Part shown: one piece after another, positions 13,238 to 26,410 of the stretch
How positions within the stretch are numbered: the stretch's first letter is position 1
How the letters are laid out: each line of letters opens with the position of its first letter
Source of the DNA: Podarcis pityusensis
Taxonomy: Eukaryota
Length of the DNA: 64,000 bases
Assembly (NCBI GenBank): GCA_964106645.2
Contig: OZ067039.1
Strand: one strand, 5' to 3'
Position numbers and translations under genes: made by a program
Notes under the pieces: model-generated
The model's database searches: none
Told to the model about the DNA's origin: nothing
What the model saw: the letters and a program-made list of their open reading frames with translations, nothing else

Positions 13238-14499
13238 TGATAGTTACTTAACAGTTAATGTAGGTAATATATTTCAGGTCGAATACATTACTCAGTTACA
13301 AATATTGCTAAACTCAGGAAGGAAGGCAGGGAAGCTATTAACCTCAAGGCTGAAACCCCATCACTCATTTTAGAATTTTAGGAAACTTTGTGTTCTGCTT
13401 TTGGCCTCAGAATCTGTATCTTTAATCTGAGATTTTCTCTCCAGCATTTCTGATGCTATCAAATCTCTGGCAGGTAGGTAGACAATTAGTGGCAAACCTT
13501 TCGAATGTCACCTTATTTTGTTACCTCGCTGTCTTGGTTGACAATTTTTACAAAATGGTTTATAGCTGCAATAATCCCCTCCAAACCAGTTGTTATGAGA
13601 GATAAGAGCTTGTTATCAGAGTGTTTATCACCTTTGACTTCACATTGGGCTATTACAAAACAAAAGAATGAACTGGAGTAAGGCTGCCAGGTGTATTAAA
13701 TTATATTATGAATTATAGAGATTCTATGATGGGGATTAGTGTCCAAAGAAAATCGCAGCAATTGCCAAACTCATTATCTGATAGGATTGCAGCCTGGACA
13801 GAATCCCAGGGGTAAAAGGTCAGCATTTTATCCATTATGTCATCCCACTAATCTCTGTCTGTTGTGTGCAGAGTGCAATATATTGTGAATGTCTCTCCCT
13901 GATTCCCTGCAACATCCTGCAGCTATCTTGAGTATCTGGAGTAAATAGGGGAGTTTATAACTTTGGCTTGGGGGAAAAAATCAGGCTGACTGAGCTCTAT
14001 CTTGCTTGACAGACATAAAACAAGACCACTGTACCTTTGGCTGCTTAGTTCACCTGCACTACTGTTGCTCCCGTAACTTCTACATGCTTCATTTGGGTTA
14101 ATGACAAAGTTCTTTTGTGTCTAAATTGTTTGGTCGCCTGTGTGTTAAAACACAATTAGTTTTGTCATGCCAAGCTTGAACTTAAGATATATTTCCCCCA
14201 CTTCCACATCACATGCTGCTGAAATACCCTTTTCAATAAACCACTTTGTATATCAATGCAAACCATTTGGCTGAAATACACATTAGACTCAAACCTGTGG
14301 CTGACACCTCATTTCTTCCCCACCCGCTGCAAGTAGGAAGGCAGCGTGGATACTTGGAATGTGATGAAATCTAACTATTATAGGGAGGGGAAAGGAGGAA
14401 ATGTATTATGGTACTGTGGCATTAGCTACACTCTGTAGTTACAGAGATTGTAATTAGTTACAGTCTAATTAAACCTGGCCAGAAATGACACATTCTGAA

Positions 14500-14960
14500 A
14501 ATCAACTGGTATGGAAGATGCAACTGGTGCAGAATGCAGCAGACAGGGTGTTGGATGGTACTACTGGCTAGTCATGTATGATACCATTTCTTAAAGATCT
14601 ATGCTGGTTGCTAGTGGGTTCCCAAGCCAAGTTTGAGGTGCTTATGTTGACATACAAAGCGCTAAATCTGAAGGGGTTCATCCTCCAATACAGATGTGCT
14701 CAGATGTTGAAATCTTCAGGAGAGGTCCTGCTGGTGGCTCCACTGCCATGTGAAGTTTGTAGGGCAGTGGTGTGGTCCCCAGGCTATGGAATACCATCTC
14801 TGAGGTGCACCTGGCCTCAGCATTGTATATATTTTGACATCAGGTCAAGGCATACTTTTTGGCACAGGGACTGGAAGATGCTACATGTGTTAAGCTTTAT
14901 GTAACCACACCCTGGGACTGCATGGTAAAGAGTGGCCTATAAACACCCATAAATAAAGTC
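14500..14960 (+). mobile_element. L2/CR1-group LINE 3' fragment
   Basis: Degenerate ORF2 C-terminus (QLVQNAA..., FLKDLCWL..AKFEVLMLTYKALN) followed by an A-rich tail. Confidence 0.8.
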
Positions 14961-15374
14961 ATATAAACATTCTTCAGCACCTTATTCTTTTTCTTGCTTC
15001 CTCATCTCTTGAGGGTGCTCAAGTTGAATATGCATGATAACGCTTTTCCACATTGATGTTGTGGGTACTGAAGAACTATTTTGGGAATCCTGGAGGCCAA
15101 CAAATCTATACTCAATGCTGTGTAACCGTATATGAAAAAATAAGGCTGTTCCTTCCAGGCTACATTCATTACATTGCAAAGTTTAGTATTTCTACTAGTT
15201 TTGCTTAAGAAATCAAACAGTCTGGTCAGAAGGATTGGCTTGAAAAGTGAAGTTTGCTTGTCAAGCACCATTTTTCTGACTTAGGTTGCAAGTTCCCTGA
15301 AATTGAATCCCAGAAAGCTGTTCTTGCCTGGCTGGCCAAGGGAAATCAAGCCTGCACTTGAGAGAATGTGTGGA

Positions 15375-15835
15375 GTGACCATAGCTCTGTAGTAGAACTA
15401 TGTTAAGCATGCAGGAGCTTTCTGATTCAAATCCTGGCATATATGCTTAAAGGATCCCAGGAGGAAGGTTTTGAAACGTCTCTGCCTGATTTACTTGGAG
15501 ACCTCTACTGATCCAAGCAGACAGAAGATGATTAGGCCAGTGGTGTAACCCATTAGGCTTGTTTTCATGTAACATTAAACCAACTGTGGCTTAGCGCAAA
15601 CTAGCACACATGCTTAGCTCCTTCCTGATTCTTCTACTGCTGTCTCATACCAAGAGCTTGCAGTTTGTCTGGAGATAGGTAAACCATTAGCCCCAGTTTG
15701 GACACCAGGCTAAGTCAAACTATGACTGAGCTCAGAAAAGAACCAAACTGGCTGTGATCTCTGCTCTAGGAGCTCACATTTTTACTTATTCATGCTAAGT
15801 CATAGTTTGGCTTAGTGTTATGTGCAAACTGGGTC
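15375..15835. mobile_element. Squam2-like SINE (about 15375-15555, +) adjacent to a Harbinger-like MITE (about 15555-15835)
   Basis: catagctctgtagtag head; MITE with inverted arms taaaccaactgtggcttagc / gctaagtcatagtttggcttag. Confidence 0.55.
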
Positions 15836-16204
15836 ACCATAAGGTAGCTTCATCTGTTACTGTAAGTTCACTGTTTTCTAAAACATGTTTATTTTGGGTG
15901 ACACCGGCGTGGAGTTCTTGTTGGTTCTATTATTCCCTACTGGATTTGTCTTCTACCTTTACCTATTGTACTAAACTTCTAGGCATGTGTCTCCACTGAT
16001 TATTTTGTTTATTCTTCCTCTAGGTGTTATGGAACCATTGTTGAGGGGAAAGAAAAGTTTTTTTGGGTGCGGTGGGTGGGTACTGACTATCAGATAATTT
16101 TTAAGTCTTAAGGAAATTGCTGTGCCAGGAAAGCAGAAATGCTTGTGCTGATGGAATGATACCCTTACCTTTGTGTTGAATTCAACCCCTTTATCTAGGA
16201 TGGG

Positions 16205-16713
16205 TGTCAGGGACTGTCAGGGCTCTGAAGTGTGGGGGGTGGAGGCAGGGGACCAGGGGAGTGACCCAGGAGTGGGGACTAGCCAGGGAAGGTGGAGGAG
16301 GAAGAGTCAGGCCGTCCGAGAAAGTGTGCAGGATTTGGTAGAAGAAGAGGCTATTCTGGTGTTAGATGAGTCAGTAGACTACCCACCTTCCCCTGCCCTG
16401 CTGTCTTCTAGAACCAGGAGGGGCTTGAAGTGAGAAGAGCAGTGGCAACTTCAGCACAGGTGAAGAATCAGTTTATGGACGTGCAGCCCATCAGGGGAGG
16501 GTATGTAAGCTGGAAGAGGGGGAAGGGTCTCACCGTTGCTGCAACTGCTCTGTAGGGCACAGATCTGAGGGACAGGTGCCTAGTGACTAGAAGCGCGTGA
16601 GTGTGCGCGCATGTGCATCTGCAGCACCGTGGAAGTTGCTGTAAGTGCTTCCTTTGTCAATAAAGACTTAGCTATCAGACATGTGCCTTCGTTAGCTGGA
16701 CTTGGCCAGGACA
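16205..16713 (+). mobile_element. Solo LTR (Gypsy-like), about 510 bp
   Basis: TGTC...GACA termini, purine-rich U3-like part, AATAAA at 16659-16664; TSD degenerate (atggg/agagg). Confidence 0.7.
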
Positions 16714-18946
16714 AGAGGCTGTAGATCATTGCTGATACGTACAAATTATTTTGAACTGGGAGCTCTAAGTGACAACAAGTTAAAATTGCTCAGACGTATC
16801 CCCAGTGATTTAAATCCCAACCTAGTCACTGACACTTCCCTCTGACAGGCCTTGGGTGGCAGGTCTGTGCTCGCTTACAGACAGCACCCCAACAGCTATT
16901 CGCCAACACCAACTGGGCAGACAGTAAAGACTATGACAAAGAGATGGACTGCAGCCAATTCCTTTTGTTTAAGCATGTGCCAAATGCTTATGTGTTTGAA
17001 AGACAGGGTGTGTGGGAATGGTGGGCCAGTATATTAGATGGATTCGTGGGGTGTGTGTGTGCAAACTAATCCCTCTTAATAGAAGCCATCCCAGAGGATG
17101 GGCAAGTACTGGATGCACTGTGATGTTGTTCCCAGCTGCAAAGCTCTTATATAAGACCAGTTGGTAGTCATTCACTTATTTTAGATGACAGTCAAACACC
17201 CACCAGGTTGAAAGCTAAAATGTCCCCTACCCACAGAGAAGAGTCCCCCCACCCTTCAAGTTGCAGCTCTTGATATTTTGCCCTTTGAAACTCATTTGGA
17301 GCCACTGACAACTGAATCGCCTTTGATTTGCACCATTCCACCCTTAGTTTCATTCCTTTGACACACCAATCCAAGTGGATAGTGAACTGAGACAGGACCA
17401 AGGACCTGCCAATTACCTACATGATATAGGCTGTATCTATCTTTGGTGTATCTTTGCTCACAGATACAGAGATAGATGCAGGGCATCTAACAATTCCTTT
17501 CAGTGCTTGCTGGACCACGCTGGCTCTCATGTTCTTAAGTACACAGCAAAATATTTGCTCAAAGGCACAAGTGCATCAAAAGTCTGTTGAGCCCATTCAT
17601 GGTACTCAGGGCTACTCTACAGACTTGTGAATTGTTTTTAAGTGCTTTGAGGATCTCTAAAAGGAGTTTGCAAAGAACTCCTCCTGCTTGGTTGTCTTTT
17701 TTGGCTATTAACTAAATAAAGTCTAACATGGCTCTTTTTTTTTTTTTTTTTTTTTTGCAATAAAGACAGCTGTCATTTCTTGGGAGAAAAGTGAGTAAGG
17801 AAATCTATTCAGACAGTACTGTCCATGGAAATGGCTTGCAGCTGTAGGCAAAGGTCTCTGTTTCCCTGGCGGCTATAAGCCAAAGTCCCCTCCTTTCCCT
17901 CTAGTAAATTTAAGTAGTTAAGATTATTATTTGGCCAGCTGTTGCACATCACACAGAGACTTCGGGCCTCCAGAAACATTCAGCAGGGAATAATGAGCCT
18001 TCCACTGTCAGCTGCAGGAGGATGTATCCTATAGCATTATCTTTTAACTGAGGCTGCAATCCTAGGCATGCTTTTTTAGGGAGTGAGAATTTAGGGGGGC
18101 TTTCTTCTGAGTAAATATTGTTAGGATTGTGCTACCCCCCAAGCCAATGCCCACTCCTGGATTGCTGCATCTGAAGGAGCAGGACAAAAGGCTTCGTTCC
18201 ATTTTTTTAAAGCAGCACATAGAGAAGAATGCTTGACAAAGGAAAATCACATGCTTTCTAGAGTGGGTGTCCACAACTTGTCGCTCACAAAGCCAAAAGC
18301 AGCTTGCCAGCATTGCTCACCATTGTCCAAACAGACCTGCTGTTTTTTTGCCAGACGGGGGGCGGGGGGGGGAGGAATATTATTAAGCACTTGCATACAT
18401 TCATGTGCAAAATGTTTCTCAACCTCCTCTCCTTCATGGTACCTCTTCACTAATTATTGTGGTTTTTCTCCCTCATTTTAAATTAATTATGTTTTATATA
18501 TTGTTATACTTCTGGAAGCTGCATTGGGAGATTGTATCCTGAAAGTCAGTTTACAAATATTTCACATAAATAAATACTGAATAAATTATACATAGTATTG
18601 CCAGTCCCTCTTGACTACTGCTACAGTGCAACCCCACCCTGCTGTCCTTTTGCTGTTCATTGGACAGCGATCCCAACAAAAAAGGACAATAATTTCTCAC
18701 ACAGTCAGTTCAGAGTGAGGGCATTAAGCACTACCCTCATTCTGAATGTGAGCTTGAGAGGGATATGCTCTGTAAGCACCAATAGTCATATTCTAATCTG
18801 AAGTATCACTCACGCAAGAACATTTTACTGGACTGCTTTTTTAAAAAAGAATTATTAGAACACTTGAATTAGTCTCGGGAGACAGGAGTTCAAATCCTCA
18901 AACACTATTTTTCAACCTATCACAGTGTTTGTATGAAAATCAAATG

Positions 18947-19472
18947 TGTGTGCAGGGGCAGTCATTATCTGCAAAATATTTACCACAGGGGAGTGATGAT
19001 GTCCTAAGCAAGGGAAGGTCAACAGGGCAAGGCACAACAATTAAAGGCAACAGTCAGCACTTCAGAAGATCAAGGTGTGGGTTCAGGACCATGGATAGTG
19101 CTCCTGCAGCTGAACAAACATCCAAGTTGTCTCAGCAACTGGCTGAGTTTTATAGAGGGCCTAGGAAGTCATTGACTGGAAGACTCATCCCCTGAGTGCT
19201 GCCTCCTGGCCATTTAAAGGAATGGCTTCTTCTTCAGCCATTGACTGCAGAAGCAGGTAATGGGTTCTCAGCTGTGGGAATCTCTCGTGATTCTCCAGGA
19301 AGTCTGTGGCCAGCCATCAGAGTCTTACAGCAGAGAGGTCTTTGAGCAGTGCTCTGGGGAGGGCAGGGGAGCTTTGGTGCCTGTGGATAGACACAGGACA
19401 TACTAGGGCATGGATGCATCTCCTCTGCAGTTGTAAGAGGACTCTGAAGAGTCATGGTCTGGGGTCATGACA
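18947..19472 (-). mobile_element. Solo LTR inserted into a MIR/Squam3-like SINE (about 18855-19530)
   Basis: TGT...ACA termini, near-TSD aaatg/acatg; SINE head (gagttcaaatcc) on the left and SINE tail (agctcattggatgaagggtgggattaaat) on the right. Confidence 0.55.
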
Positions 19473-20474
19473 ACATGTATACCAACCCAAGCTCATTGGA
19501 TGAAGGGTGGGATTAAATTTAAATAATGAATAATTTGTCTTTCTAAGATGCTGTTCTCGCTTCTCACAAAATATTCCCAAAGGTAGGAGCCAGACACCTC
19601 ATTTATAAATGTGATTTATAATCTTTGAACCCTTCAGACCTGTAAGAGTAGCAAGTTAACTGGGGGGAAAACCACATAGATGGGATTTGGACAGAAGGCT
19701 GTGTAAATAAATCTGTCGTCTAACTCAAGGCAAGCTGCAGTAATAAAAATGACTCGGCCAAGAGAAAATGCTAAGTGGAAAAAGTAAGACAACTGTTAAT
19801 TATTTGTACTTCTCATAACACCAAAGCACTACAAGCCAGTAGGGGTTATAGGGCATCCATATCAAAGTTGCAAACATAGCAAATGCAGAGCTGTAACAAA
19901 GCCAGGATTATTGTTATTTTCTTTTTCTTTTTAGGCAATATATGCTTGTGGTCCAATATTTCAAAGTTACATAAAGCAGTTCTCACAACTGAAAACTAAT
20001 GTTTCTGCCGAAGCATACTTCCTCTCCCACAGAGGATAATCTCTACGAGGCGTAGTAGGTCATTTAGGCCTCATAGGCTTAAGGCTGAAAATTAAAATAT
20101 TTCATTTTTGGCTGCTCTCCCAAGCACCTGAGTTCCTTATCTGTGTAACGCGGGGTCATGTGCTACACATGGGGAGCAGCCTGGGTAGATGGCAATTTTA
20201 TACAATCAGTTTAAGAGTACAACTCTGCTTCTTTGGCTCAACAAAAAATCAATGGAGAACATGTGTGACTGATTGCTCATTAACTTTGTATTAGAGATAC
20301 TGTGACACTTGTGCATATTTCCCACATAATCTACCTACTATTTCCATGTAGTGGTATGCTCACTGAAAATCAGTACAGAAGGCATTTCCCATAAAATGTG
20401 CTGATCACACTGCAAAAGACTGTTGTATTTATTTTCCGTAGCAGTCCAATAAACATTTAATTAATCATAATCTA

Positions 20475-20823
20475 GGTAAAGGGACCCCTGACCTTAGGTC
20501 CAGTCACGGACGACTTTGGGGTTGCGCAGTCATCTCGCTCTATAGGCCAAGGGAGCCGCCGTTTGCCCGCAGACAGCTTCCGGGCCATGTGGCCAGCATG
20601 ACTAAGCCGCTTCTGGCGAACCAGAGCAATGCACGGAAACGCCGTTTACCTTCCCGCCGGAGCGGTACCTATTTATCTACTTACACTTTGACGTGCTTTC
20701 GAACTGCTAGGTGGGCAGGAGCTGGGACCAAGCAACAGGAGCTCACCCCGTCGCGGGGATTCGAACTGCCGACCTTCTGATCGGCAAGCCCTAGGCTCTG
20801 TGGTTTAGACCACAGCACCACCC
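20475..20823 (-). mobile_element. Sauria SINE, near full length
   Basis: ggtaaagggacccctgac tail, aaacgccgtttaccttccc core, B-box ggattcgaac; ATAATCTA on both flanks. Confidence 0.93.
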
Positions 20824-21833
20824 TCATAATAATCTATTCACAGTTAAAGGTGAATTTTCGTGCAGTAACTATTCTGATAAAACAAAATGAAATATGAATG
20901 CATATTTATGCAAACATTGGAATTGGAAACATTTCCCCTCCTTCAGGTCAGTTTGGCTAGTGGCCTTGAAGGCCTTTCCTTAATGTCTTATGTTTTGCTG
21001 TGTTTTTATATTTTGTTGGAAGCAACCCATTGTTGTTGTTGTTGTTGAAATATCCCTTCTTGAGGTAACAGATCTGGAGAGAGGGGATAACCGTGAAACA
21101 CAGTTAAAAGCCCTATTGGCAAAAATGCATACTCGAATATAGAAAGGGCAAGGTACCCAAAGAGCAAAAAACAAACCAGGATTACAAAATAGTGGGGCCT
21201 TGCTGCTGCTTTATACTTTAAATAGGTGCAGCAATGTGAACGCTATAAATTTTGTGATTATACAGAAGGAGAGTGTACTGCCTCCAAATAATTTATTTTT
21301 TAATATATATATATATATATAATATGGTGCAGCATGAAGACTGGGGAATTGTGACTCTTGTCACTAGCTGCATCACAAACAATATGCAAGATGAGCTTCA
21401 CTAAATCATGTTGCACCTTGCAGTTTAGTGGAAATGAATAATACAAAGTATTAAATTTTCTTAGGTACTAAATATTAGGACTTGTATTTGTCTACATTCT
21501 GCAGTGGTGGTTGGAGATGGGAAGATAAGATTTAGCATCCTCTACATAGAACTGATAAAATCCTGTCCTTTTTTTTCTAGCAGTCTTCAATACACAGTTG
21601 TTGAAAGTTGATTACTTGCATCTAATTAAGTATGCTGCTCTGGCCTGTTGCCACATTTTTCTATCCTTCTCTCTGTTCTCCTTTTATTAAGAACATCGTT
21701 GCTTTTTATGTGTAGATTAAAGGAAACCATCAGACATAAATCTAACTGATGGATTCATTCTCTGCTTCGAGTATATTTTAGCTCAATCTTCCCAGAGATA
21801 AACATTGACAACAATTTATGTACCATGCTTTAT

Positions 21834-21878
21834 CCTTTCCTTTCCTTTCCTTTCCTTTCCTTTCCTTTCCTTTCCTTT
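21834..21878. repeat. (CCTTT)9 pentanucleotide repeat
   Basis: Direct reading. Confidence 0.95.
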
Positions 21879-22453
21879 TTGGGGGGGAGGTGCTGTCTGG
21901 TGGTATGCCCAAACTTTATTGACTTATGCTGAATGTGTAAAATAAAGTTCTTCTTGCCATTTCTCTTATTAAAGTTTCATTTGGGCGCTTGAGTTCCATA
22001 GCCAAACACCTTGACCTTTGGCCAGGGAAAAGTGGAGAGAGGGATAAATAAAGGCACTGTACTGAGAGCTGGGCATGCAAAATAAATAAATGAAAGCAAT
22101 CCTTCTCATTTCAAACTGGATTTCAAAAACTGGTTTGGGGAGGAAGTAGGGATGTTGTCAAGTTTGATAATAAACTTGGTAGAGGAGGATGAATGATCCG
22201 AACCTATATTGACTGGTGGTGTGTGAGTACAGTGAATGAATTCATATCCTTCTTTACAGTTTCATTTTAGTTTTGCATTGACGCTGAATCCTTCTCCTGC
22301 AAAGAGATGGCCTGGCCTCAGTTATCCAAGCACTAGTAACATCCCATATGGCTTACTGCAGTGTTAGATAAAGAGGCTGACTTCAAAGTTTCTGTCAATG
22401 CTAATTACAGCAGCTGATTACTGAGTGAACCTAAGGTGTGTTCTGAAAGCATA

Positions 22454-22806
22454 GGTACCCCTGCCCATACGGGCCAGTCGTGTCCGACTCTAGGGTTGTG
22501 CGCCCATCTCACTTACAGGCCGGGGGCCAGCGCTGCCCGGAGACACTTCCGGGTCACGTGTCCAGCGTGACAAAGCTGCTCTGGCAAGCCAGCACCAGCG
22601 CAGCACACAGAAACGCCGTTTACCTTCCCGCTAGAAAGCGGTCCCTATTTATCTACTTGCACTTGGGGGTGCTTTCGAACTGCTAGGTGGTCAGGAGCTG
22701 GGACTGAAAGACGGGAGCTCACCCCGCCGCGGGGATTCGAACCGCCGACCATGCGATTGGCAAGTCCTAGGCACTGAGGTTTTACCCACAGCGCCACCCG
22801 CGTCCC
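22454..22806 (-). mobile_element. Sauria SINE (different subfamily), full length and young
   Basis: Perfect 13-bp TSD TTCTGAAAGCATA (22441-22453 / 22807-22819); intact A/B boxes; many CpGs retained. Confidence 0.95.
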
Positions 22807-23382
22807 TTCTGAAAGCATATGAGGCCACAATAACTTGTGGAAGGTGAGGAGATCTGGGTCCGGCCAATGCCTAAATGGAACCACGTGTATGCTGGCTTGG
22901 ATTCCATGGTAGAAGAAAGACTAATGCTAGAACAGAATACATTGGCTTGTAGTTCCCAGCCTGTTTCTGATACATTTCAAAGTATGTCAAAGCTGTAAAT
23001 GACTTGGGACAAGCATTCTTCAAAGGACACTTTCGCGCACATGAACCTGTTCAGGAATTAAGATGTTTTCCAGAGGTCATTCTTCAGGTCACCAAGAACA
23101 AGGTGGCCATGTGTCCTACTTCACAGTGGATAAATCTCTATTGGAAGGGCTGTCATAGGACAGTCATATGAAGTAGTCCTCTATCTGAAGAGCTGTCCAG
23201 TTTAAGTCCAGTTTAATTATAAGAAGGGGGACAGCAGAGTGAGCAATCCACAGGTCATCTGGTCACAGTATTTTGCACTGTGGTGAAATGTACTTCTATT
23301 AAAATTATAGTAATTATTTCTAATTTTGCACCTTTATACATAAATTAGTTTATGTAATTTTCGTAAATCTGTGCCCTCTTTT

Positions 23383-23385
<3 letters not shown>

Positions 23386-23426
<41 letters not shown>
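23386..23426. repeat. (TC)n microsatellite, about 20 units
   Basis: Direct reading. Confidence 0.95.
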
Positions 23427-23431
<5 letters not shown>

Positions 23432-24087
23432 ATGATTCATGTCCTCTTTTTTTTTTTTTTTGGTGCTGTGTAAGTGGCCACCCTGACCCAGTGTAAGGCC
23501 TGTGACAAGGCCTTTTTGACTGGAGTTTAGTGCATGAAGTCTTCACAAAGTGCAGAAACAGGGACAGTGATTTACCAGGGACACCTAACAACAGCAACAA
23601 AAATAGGGCTGTCTCTAGCAATATGGAGAGTATACCTTTCTTAAATGTGATGTGACCTTCACAGCCTTAACTGTGTCAGGTTTTCTCATATAACTGTGTC
23701 TGGTATGGAGTTCCAAGATATTTTAAATTAATTGTCCACCTCATGAACAAAGACTGTGTTGGATTGTTCTGAGGTTTTTCTTTCCAAGGTAGTGTGGGTG
23801 GGGAAATTTGTTTGAAAGAATGTATCCATGCTTCTATACTGTGGGAAGATTCATATTAATATACATATGATCACGCGTTAGAGAGGCAGAGGCATTGCCA
23901 GTAGGTCATCTCATGTTTCACATCTGCAGTAATAATTTGTGTAGTAATTAAATGTAAGCTTTAGACCAGAACAGTCTACTATATTTTGAACCATAGAACA
24001 GACTTCTCTATCATGTGACTTCAGGCTATACCTCAATAGTGTAAAGTTCTCATTTGCACTTACTCTTAGTCTGTGGAAAATGCCAAA

Positions 24088-24089
<2 letters not shown>

Positions 24090-24119
<30 letters not shown>
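24090..24119. repeat. (GT)15 microsatellite
   Basis: Direct reading. Confidence 0.95.
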
Positions 24120-24123
<4 letters not shown>

Positions 24124-24545
24124 ACAAAAATAATCAGAGATATAATTTGGTTAAACAATGCCTGATTGGAGCATAAATATCTTATTTGGCTGATACCCTA
24201 AACTCACTCATTGACATCAATGGGAACTTTTCTTTCCAGTCCTCTTAGCTCTGCAGGGACCGCAATTTTCTTTTTTGTTCACAGGAAGGGGAGGTATAAT
24301 TGAAGAAAAACCACAGGCAAAGTCACCCTTTATGCATTAAGTGTGACATGTAGTTTGATCCTCAGAATAAAGTTCCCTTGAAACCAGTGGAGCATTTCCA
24401 GTAGAATATGATTAGGATATTAGATTGTATTTAATGTTGCTGTGTTGTATAACCAGTTTAATACTCATTTATCAGTTTGGTTAAGGTGTTTCCTTTAAAT
24501 ACACTTCTGTAGCAGAGAGACATTAATTTAGCATTGTATTTTCAG

Positions 24546-24624
24546 GTTCGCATATTCACCTACTTGATAGGAAGAGAAGCTGCCTTTGCTGATAACCTCA
24601 AGTGGATGGCTTGTGCCAACAAAG
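24546..24624 (+). CDS. CACNA2D3: CACNA2D3 coding exon (human exon 12 equivalent), end of VWA region, 79 nt, phase 0 to 1
   Basis: ttttcag|GTTCGC...AACAAAG|gtttgt; translates [26 protein letters not shown](G), matching recalled alpha2delta-3 sequence. Confidence 0.97.
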
Positions 24625-26011
24625 GTTTGTTAATTTTCCTTGCAAAATATGTTTATTTCCTCCTTCCGTGGTGGCTGTTCTTTCTCCCTGTAAAATCCTC
24701 TCTGTTCTCATTTTAACGCTTTGTTTGAAGGAAGACTGAACTGTGATCCCAATTATGGCATGCTAAAGGAGCACATCCCAGTATGGTTCAGTTCACTCTA
24801 TGGTCTCACAATCTATGCACAAGAGGAGACCCTCATTAAGATTACAATCCTGTGCATATGTATGTGTGAACACAGTCAGTGGGACTAAATAAACATGCAA
24901 AGAATTGTTGAATCTGCCCAGTATATCTGGCTAATGCTTCCTTTTATGAAGCAAGATTGTCAGGGAGAAACGGGACCTTTTCTGTTGAGGTTCCAGCTCT
25001 TTGGGATATCGTACCCCAACAAAATATTCTTGCAGTTTTTGGAAGGCTGGCAAAATCTCTCCCCTTTTGATGCATCTTTTAGGATGGATATTTAAAAGGT
25101 GTGTGCCTGATCTGTTTCTCTTAGTCCTCAGAACATAATTTGTATTTTGTTTGTTTTAAACTGGTGCTGTTTTAATAAATGTTTATGTTGATCTACCTTG
25201 AACACTGGGAAAATTGGAAATAAATGAAATCTAGCAGTTCTGTAGTGTAGAATGAAATAATGTAGCAATGAATATTTTACGGCAAAGATGAATGACATCT
25301 CCTGTATTGTGTTCTATTACCATGAGAGAACGCCAAACACCCTGTAACAGGATGTGAGCTTTCTTCTGTTCAGTTTGTAGACAGGGTTTGGGGCATGGAT
25401 AATAGGTGGACCACAGTGCCCTTTTCCCACTTGTGTATTTTGACCCTGAGGGTGTTGGAGGAATGAGCTACTTTCTGTATTATTCAGGAATGGAGCTTCA
25501 TTTTATGCTATGTGCAGGCACTGAAGCAGACATGTCAGGTTGGCCGTGGCCTAATCACAGCGCAGTGATAGAAAGCTCTGGTGAAGCTACGATTCTTTCT
25601 GTCATCGCTTCATGTACTGAAGTTTTCCCACTCTTGCGTGTGCGCGCAGCACATGACATTCTAATGATTCACTTAAAGTACATCCATTTAGTCATGGATT
25701 ATTGCTGTAACCGCTGTCTGTGCCCATCTGATGGAAATTACTCAATTTAAAAACTTGTCTTAATCAGCTAATATTGCGCTAGGATTTAGTCTTAGTCACT
25801 GTATAAGAATCCTTTGAAGCAAGTTTTTAAAAGACAGTTTCGTCAACAACAAAGTATGTTAGCTTTTCAGACAGTACATTACCCATGCTTCATAAAGATC
25901 TAACCACAGCCATTCAGAAAGTAGGGCCATGAGGAGGTGGCTTCCTTCCTCTCTTCTAATTTGGCATGTACTAGCCCAGTCTCCAATAAATGGGAAAATA
26001 AAGAATTTTGT

Positions 26012-26410
26012 TGGTTGCCAAGAACAAATAGCATATATGGCTCTGCACCATATTTTTGTGGTCTTTGAAAGAACGCTCTTGTTATCCTAATGGTTTCTTT
26101 ATCACTTCCTTTTTGACCTTATCCATGCTAAAAGCCCCCAGATAAGTCTCCCTGCCAGTTTAGTGTGTAAACACTTAATGACTGTAGGAAGCACTTGGAA
26201 ATATGTTAGAAGGTTGCTAAGCAAATGTTTCAGTATCTTGAGATTGAGTGAAGTAGTCTAAAGTTTCCAATACAATGTCTTCTGAGACAATGCCCTAGAG
26301 CAGGGGCAGCCAAAGAGGTTTCCTGAAGATGTTGTTGGCCATGCTGAGAGAGCTGGATGCCAGCAACTTATGGGGCACATCACATAAACTACCCATGCCT
26401 TAGAATATCC
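26012..26410 (+). repeat. Local direct duplication, copy 1 (partner about 37079-37575)
   Basis: Identical 21-mer AGCACTTGGAAATATGTTAGA at 26190-26210 and 37354-37374, with colinear weaker similarity on both sides. Confidence 0.75.
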
